IMG/VR virus record: IMGVR_UViG_3300032240_001377
Coordinates: 1-56,601 of that record
DNA from: a virus
Taxonomy: Duplodnaviria; Caudoviricetes
Direction: 5' to 3' (one strand)
Length of the DNA: 56,601 nucleotides
Shown: positions 51,630 through 56,601 of the stretch, piece after piece
Layout of the letters: each line of letters opens with the position of its first letter
Numbering within the stretch: position 1 is the stretch's first letter
Notes under the pieces: generated by a model
What the model saw: only the letters and a program-made list of their open reading frames with translations
The model's database searches: none
Told to the model about the DNA's origin: nothing
Translations under genes and position numbers: made by a program

Positions 51630-53016
51630 TCCACTGAAGCAGATCGCCCAGCAAGGCGAGCAGACTCCCGCAGCCGAGGAACCCGCAAAGCGACAGACCG
51701 CAGAGGAGGCCACTGGCAAAACTGTGGCTGCCGCCCGCGACTTCTTCGCCAAGGTCAACAAGCTGGATGGTGCGCCTGAAGCGAAGGCTGAAGACAAGCC
51801 GAAGGAGGAATCGGCGCCAGTGGCTGAGAAGCCGGCTGAGAAGCCCGCCACTGAACCCGAGACGCCAAGCTCTCCCATCTTCGGAAAGAAGAAGTCCAAG
51901 AAGGCGGAGGCCCGCGAGATTGCCGATGCGGTGGCCGAGGGTAACCAGAAGCTCATCGAAGCCATCCAGGCAAAGAATGAGCCCGTGAAGCCCGTTGAAC
52001 AGAAGGCTGCCACACCTCCGCCCGAAGATGATTCCGATGATCTGGCTTCACAGATCCGGAAGCTGGAGGAGATCAACCCCTCCTACAAGGGTGTCACTGC
52101 CAAGTTCGAGGAGTTTAAGAAAAAGGAGGCGGACTACGAGGCCAAGTGGTTGGCCGCCAATCCGGACGAGGACTTCGACCCGGACTCAGACGAGCACGCC
52201 AAGTTCTACGAGCGGAACGAGCCTGTCATCAAGCCGTCCGACCTGAAGAAGGCTGAGAAAGAACTCCTTCGTGAGGAGGCCCGCAAGGAGGCCCAGGCCG
52301 CCGTCGAGAAGCAGCTTGCCCCCATCCAGCAGAAGCAGCGCAACGATGAGGTCCAGAAGCGGGTGGGCGAGAAGCTCCAGAAGACATTCGCTGAAGTCGC
52401 AAAGGAGGCTGTGGCTGCCGTGCTGCCCGACTTCAAGGGTGACGACATCTCCAAGGTGGCCGAGTCCGACCCGTTGGCCGCCCAGGTTCTTTCCGCATCT
52501 GCCAACCGTTGGCTGCCCATCATCCAGTCTGCCTCGTTGGTCTACAACGGCGCCACCGTGGATGAGAACGATCCTGCTGTGCAGGGCGTGAACCACATGA
52601 TCGGGGTACTGGAGGAGCAGGTGCTTGGACTTCCAGTGGCCGACCGGACGAACAAGGGCAAGAAGTTCGCCACCCTGGGCGAGTATGCCGCCATGAGCCG
52701 GGCGGAGCAGGCGCGTCACTGGTACATTGGTGAGGATGAGATCGTCGAGTATTCCAGGCACAGGATGGCTTCTGAGGCTAAATCCATGTATCAGCAGGAG
52801 CAGGAACGCATAGACAATATCATCGCTGCCCGTGGAGGAGTCCAGAAATCGGGACATTCACAGCAGAAGAATGAGTATGCAAAGCCCAATACACAGGCGG
52901 CTTTTAAGCCTGCTCCTGCTGTTGGTGGATCATCCACTCCTCCCCCTGCCCCTGGACTTGAGAAGGACAAGAACCTCACTCCGCGTGTGAAGGTTGCTAA
53001 GGCGATGGGCTGGTAG
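51622..53016 (+). CDS. Capsid scaffolding protein
   Basis: Glu/Lys/Ala-rich coiled coil immediately upstream of MCP. Confidence 0.7.
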   Translation: MPDPLKQIAQQGEQTPAAEEPAKRQTAEEATGKTVAAARDFFAKVNKLDGAPEAKAEDKPKEESAPVAEKPAEKPATEPETPSSPIFGKKKSKKAEAREIADAVAEGNQKLIEAIQAKNEPVKPVEQKAATPPPEDDSDDLASQIRKLEEINPSYKGVTAKFEEFKKKEADYEAKWLAANPDEDFDPDSDEHAKFYERNEPVIKPSDLKKAEKELLREEARKEAQAAVEKQLAPIQQKQRNDEVQKRVGEKLQKTFAEVAKEAVAAVLPDFKGDDISKVAESDPLAAQVLSASANRWLPIIQSASLVYNGATVDENDPAVQGVNHMIGVLEEQVLGLPVADRTNKGKKFATLGEYAAMSRAEQARHWYIGEDEIVEYSRHRMASEAKSMYQQEQERIDNIIAARGGVQKSGHSQQKNEYAKPNTQAAFKPAPAVGGSSTPPPAPGLEKDKNLTPRVKVAKAMGW

Positions 53017-53045
53017 TAAAAGATTGGGCCGAAAGGTTCCAATCC

Positions 53046-54770
53046 ATGCCTACTGACTATTTCAGCAAGTGCGCCCCACTTCTCCGCGAGGACTTTGATT
53101 CCTGTGCAGGACTGACGCTGTGCAACGTCGCTCCTGTCACCGACACGCAACTCGACGGAATCTTCCAGGATTCGTCCGGCCGCTTCCGTGGCATGGCTCA
53201 CCTGATCGAGGCCGACATGATGGGCTCCGCCTGTCAGGTCCGCGAGAACCCGCTGTACAAGTGGATCATCGCCAACGCTGAGTCCTACCAGGCCAGTGTC
53301 AACACGTCCAAGCGGCGTGGCTCCGGCATCACCGAGGTTGAGCCATTCCTTCGCGTCCGGCGCAAGGGAATCTTCAACAACCTGTTCTGGACCGTGGCGT
53401 CCGGCACGAACGGCTCCGTCAGTGTCAACGGCACCATCGCGGATGCGTTCTTCAACCTGTCCAGCCAGACCAGCGTCCCGAACGACGTGACCTGGTTTGC
53501 GGTGGGTGATGAAATCTCCATCTTCGGCAAGAGCGCCTCTGGCAATGCGACCCGCACCAACTGGCGTGTCGTGTACTCCGCCATCGTCGGCGATTACGTC
53601 CGGGTCTATGTGAAGTCCCGCAACGCTGGATCTGCCCTGGCGTCCGGCAAGCTGGAGTTCCCGACCACTGGTGTTGCCATCTCGCTGGCGAACAACAGCT
53701 CTCCCTACGAGAGTCGCTGCAACAACATCCCCCGGGTCAACCTCAAGTCCGACTACCTCATCTGGATCCAGAACACCCGGTGGTCTATCTGCAACGACGA
53801 GCACACCCAGAAGTTCCGCAAGTACCTGTTCGACAACAACCCTCTGTACCGCGAATACTACGCTGTGGAGGAGGGTGAGTACAACAAGTCGGTCCTGGAG
53901 GACTTCCAGAACAAGGTTGCCCACACCTTCCTGTTCGGCAAGGGAGACGCGAACCAGACCGAGACGCTGTGGAATAACCTGGAGCAGATCACCTCGTTCA
54001 GCGATCAGGTGTTCGGCGAGTACATCTACCTGCCCGGAATCGAGGGCCGTTGCGTTGAGCGCCGGGCCTACGTCAAGGGCGTGTACGAGCAGCTCGCCGA
54101 GTGCGGCCGTGTGATCGACCTCCAGGGTGACGTGCTGAACTTCCCCGAGCTTCAGACCTACCTGTACGACATGGTTCGTATCAGGTCTGACAACGGTTTC
54201 GAGAGCAAGGTCATCGAGATCGTCACGGACAGCGCCTACAAGCAGCTCCTCCTGCGTGGCCTGTACCAGTACCTCCGAACCCAGTTCGGTGGCGATCTGC
54301 GCGTCAACGTTGACATGTCCACTTTCACCAAGACGGGCACCACCCCGCTTGGGTTCATGTTCACCGAGGTCGATCTGGATTACCCTGCCGTCAAGCTCCG
54401 CATCGTCAGCCACTTCGCCTTCGACGATCTGGTCAACGCCCATGCGCGTGTCAATTCTAACCTCACCACGGCGGGCCGCATGATCTGGATGCTCGCCTGG
54501 GACACCGTGACCATGGGTGTCATCGAGTCCCGGTTCAAGGACCTGTCCAGCGGCAACGTCGAGGATCTGGCGAAGATCAACTCGGATGCGTTCTGCCGGA
54601 TGGATAACCCTGTCCGCAACATCCGCCACTACCTGCTCAAGTGGACGGTGGACGTGAAGTGCCCGCAGGCTTCACTGGTGATCGAGAACGTCGCGTTCCA
54701 GGTGCCCGAGGTGGAGAACAAGTACGGTTCCTACACTGACATCAAGGGTAACGATCCTTCCAACGACTGA
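53046..54770 (+). CDS. Major capsid protein
   Basis: Very strong codon bias; FLFG motif; follows scaffold and precedes a terminator. Confidence 0.8.
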   Translation: MPTDYFSKCAPLLREDFDSCAGLTLCNVAPVTDTQLDGIFQDSSGRFRGMAHLIEADMMGSACQVRENPLYKWIIANAESYQASVNTSKRRGSGITEVEPFLRVRRKGIFNNLFWTVASGTNGSVSVNGTIADAFFNLSSQTSVPNDVTWFAVGDEISIFGKSASGNATRTNWRVVYSAIVGDYVRVYVKSRNAGSALASGKLEFPTTGVAISLANNSSPYESRCNNIPRVNLKSDYLIWIQNTRWSICNDEHTQKFRKYLFDNNPLYREYYAVEEGEYNKSVLEDFQNKVAHTFLFGKGDANQTETLWNNLEQITSFSDQVFGEYIYLPGIEGRCVERRAYVKGVYEQLAECGRVIDLQGDVLNFPELQTYLYDMVRIRSDNGFESKVIEIVTDSAYKQLLLRGLYQYLRTQFGGDLRVNVDMSTFTKTGTTPLGFMFTEVDLDYPAVKLRIVSHFAFDDLVNAHARVNSNLTTAGRMIWMLAWDTVTMGVIESRFKDLSSGNVEDLAKINSDAFCRMDNPVRNIRHYLLKWTVDVKCPQASLVIENVAFQVPEVENKYGSYTDIKGNDPSND

Positions 54771-54791
54771 GCCCTGGTGGGCTGACCAACT

Positions 54792-54830
54792 GGGGCTTCC
54801 CTTCCGACTGGGATGGGGAGCCCCTTTTTT
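54792..54830 (+). terminator. Rho-independent terminator
   Basis: GGGGCTTCCC...GGGGAGCCCC + T6. Confidence 0.85.
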
Positions 54831-54867
54831 CTGATTCAGATTCAATCCTGAACACTCGTCCAATCTC

Positions 54868-55257
54868 ATGCCTACTTCTCCTGACGGTTTTGCTTCAAGC
54901 ACGTCGAACCCGACAGCAACAAGAGCCAATCTTCCTGTTGTTCCTCCTTCAAATCCGTTGATTAATGGTCTGTCTATCAGTCCTGGAGGAGCAAGGTCTT
55001 CTGCTATTGCAGCCCCTTCATCCCCGAGGCGGATCAAGGCATGGATTCAGAACCTTTCAAACGCCAATCCGCTTTTTGTAAAGCTTGGACCTGGATGCAC
55101 AGTGACTGATTATCACCGTGTGCTGAAAGTTGGAACTGGAGCCGCTGATGGAAGTGGTGGAGATTGGACGATTGATGGGTATTCTGGAGAAATCTCAGTG
55201 GCCAGTGCTGGGTCAATCTCCTACTGCTACGTCTCGATCATGCGCGGAAACCAGTGA
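54868..55257 (+). CDS. Small beta-rich structural protein
   Basis: R....IQN.S...L.V..G...Y.G.I motif pattern. Confidence 0.6.
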   Translation: MPTSPDGFASSTSNPTATRANLPVVPPSNPLINGLSISPGGARSSAIAAPSSPRRIKAWIQNLSNANPLFVKLGPGCTVTDYHRVLKVGTGAADGSGGDWTIDGYSGEISVASAGSISYCYVSIMRGNQ

Positions 55258-55263
55258 ACTCAA

Positions 55264-55530
55264 ATGTCCACTACCGACGATCTCCGGGCAGAAATAAACC
55301 TGATCCGTGAAAAGCAGGACAGAATCCTGGCTGAAGCGGTACGCACAAACACGCTTCTTGACCAGTTGGTTCTTCCGCAGATGAAGGAGATGCGTACCAC
55401 AGTCAACCTGCATGAGAGCATTCGTCACAGGGCAATCGGTTGGATGATTGGAATTTCATTGAGCGGAGGGGCTCTTGGTGGAAAATTGGCGGCGTCGCTT
55501 GGTTTGATTGGCGGCAACAACAAAATCTGA
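55264..55530 (+). CDS. Holin-like membrane protein
   Basis: Coiled coil followed by a C-terminal Gly-rich hydrophobic helix. Confidence 0.45.
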   Translation: MSTTDDLRAEINLIREKQDRILAEAVRTNTLLDQLVLPQMKEMRTTVNLHESIRHRAIGWMIGISLSGGALGGKLAASLGLIGGNNKI

Positions 55531-55532
55531 CC

Positions 55533-55760
55533 ATGCCAGGAGGACCATTCACTCAGAATGACCAATGGGGTAAAACTCAGGTGGACAAAATATCATGCCA
55601 GCATACCATGGCTTGCATCAAGCTTAACCGTGAACTGGTAGCACAGATCGTCGCAGAAGAGGGCCAGTTACCATCACTGTCTGGCACAAGGCGATACCGT
55701 GTAATTGTGGATGACAGTGACTCAACCATGCCATCTTTGATCCTAGTCCAAATACCATGA
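55533..55760 (+). CDS. Hypothetical protein
   Basis: In operon. Confidence 0.5.
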   Translation: MPGGPFTQNDQWGKTQVDKISCQHTMACIKLNRELVAQIVAEEGQLPSLSGTRRYRVIVDDSDSTMPSLILVQIP

Positions 55761-56601
55761 TCCGTTTCCTATCCATCTTGCTGCTTTCTGCCCTGGCTGT
55801 AATTGGCCAGGGAACTCGTACGGTGATGATCTACACGAACACTGGGATCTTGAATCCTGGTGGCCGTCTACCTTCAGGGGTGTACCCAAACATCACCCAG
55901 TACGCTACGGACGAGCAGGACATCACTTCTCGCAACCCATCCCAGGGTAGATTCCTAATTTCGCTCACTCAGCCTGTCAGCGGGTTCTGGGTTTGGGATG
56001 ACACGTCCACTTCCTCAACTGGTGATGGAGTAATCGACATCAACGGCTATCCGGTTGGACGTTGGATCAGACAGTTTGGAGGAACTACAGCCCCAACCCT
56101 TGCTGGAGGGAAATTTCTTGTAACTAGTTCCTCAAAGAATGCAGTCGAATCAACTGCGCCGTCTTCATCTTTTGAATTTGCAGCAAGGAACACACTGTTC
56201 CCGCTTCCTTCAGGTGTCACAAACTACTGGAGTATTGGCGACTCGCAAACCGCTAGCGAGTTTGTAAACACGCAGGTTTGGACTGATGGGTCGAAGCTCA
56301 TGTTTCCTGCTCTTCGTTACCCGAACATTGTGGCTGCAACGTGGGGCCTAAACCTCACAAACCTTGGGGTTTCCGGAACAAGGTTGCTGTTCCAGTCATC
56401 TACGACGGCAGGCCGTCAGTATTCAATGGAGATGTTGCAGTCGTACTCTCCTTCGTGGAAGGGTTTAATCTCGATTGCTCACGGCTACAACGACAGCACT
56501 ACTGAACCATACGGTAATCCGCAAACAACTTTCACCACGTTTCAGAGGGCTGCATCTGGAACAATCGCTAGGGCTCTTTACACGTCATACACAGCTCCTA
56601 C
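55757..56601 (+). CDS. Tailspike-like protein with signal peptide and SGNH hydrolase domain (3'-truncated)
   Basis: MIRFLSILLLSALAVIG; GFWVWD...GDG...GRWIR; IGDSQT, NLGVSG, GYND. Confidence 0.7.
   Translation, partial: MIRFLSILLLSALAVIGQGTRTVMIYTNTGILNPGGRLPSGVYPNITQYATDEQDITSRNPSQGRFLISLTQPVSGFWVWDDTSTSSTGDGVIDINGYPVGRWIRQFGGTTAPTLAGGKFLVTSSSKNAVESTAPSSSFEFAARNTLFPLPSGVTNYWSIGDSQTASEFVNTQVWTDGSKLMFPALRYPNIVAATWGLNLTNLGVSGTRLLFQSSTTAGRQYSMEMLQSYSPSWKGLISIAHGYNDSTTEPYGNPQTTFTTFQRAASGTIARALYTSYTAP

Noticed and set aside
52791-54629. 612-aa antisense ORF (also 8012-9103, 18647-19969, 15641-16471)
   Set aside because: Shadow ORFs produced by strong GC3 codon bias of the sense genes; no motifs
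56590-56601. Circular junction with position 1
   Set aside because: No terminal overlap, and joining does not continue the SGNH protein sensibly

Overview
A 56.6 kb segment of a GC-rich tailed dsDNA phage genome with podovirus-like (P22/T7-type) architecture. It is not a complete circle: both ends fall inside or next to ORFs and do not join. From left to right it contains: (1) a glycosyltransferase/methyltransferase cluster; (2) an HNH gene inside a run of structured non-coding RNAs, one of them tRNA-like; (3) tail-collar, tail and DNA-ejection genes, including a 3716-aa polyvalent protein with HhH-glycosylase-like, HExxH peptidase and possible ART/GNAT modules; (4) a mostly leftward DNA-metabolism block (3'-5' exonuclease, SSB, dNMP kinase, phosphoesterase, beta-clamp homologue, tyrosine recombinase); (5) a leftward array of small early genes punctuated by an ATTTCCTAG motif; (6) a ~1.1 kb low-complexity non-coding divergence point, possibly the genome end; (7) a rightward block with thyX, a replication initiator with iterons, DnaB, a frameshifted mom-like gene, an SF2 helicase, a MazG-like enzyme and a RusA-like gene; (8) TerL on the opposite strand; (9) portal, scaffold, major capsid and a signal-peptide-bearing SGNH tailspike-like gene. 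The strongest candidates for new biology are overprinted small ORFs placed just after enzymatic modules of the giant ejection protein, a RusA whose two halves lie in overlapping frames, the ncRNA array, recurring antisense/kissing-loop leaders and the A8-switched mom gene. All product calls come from motif recognition by eye; no searches were run.
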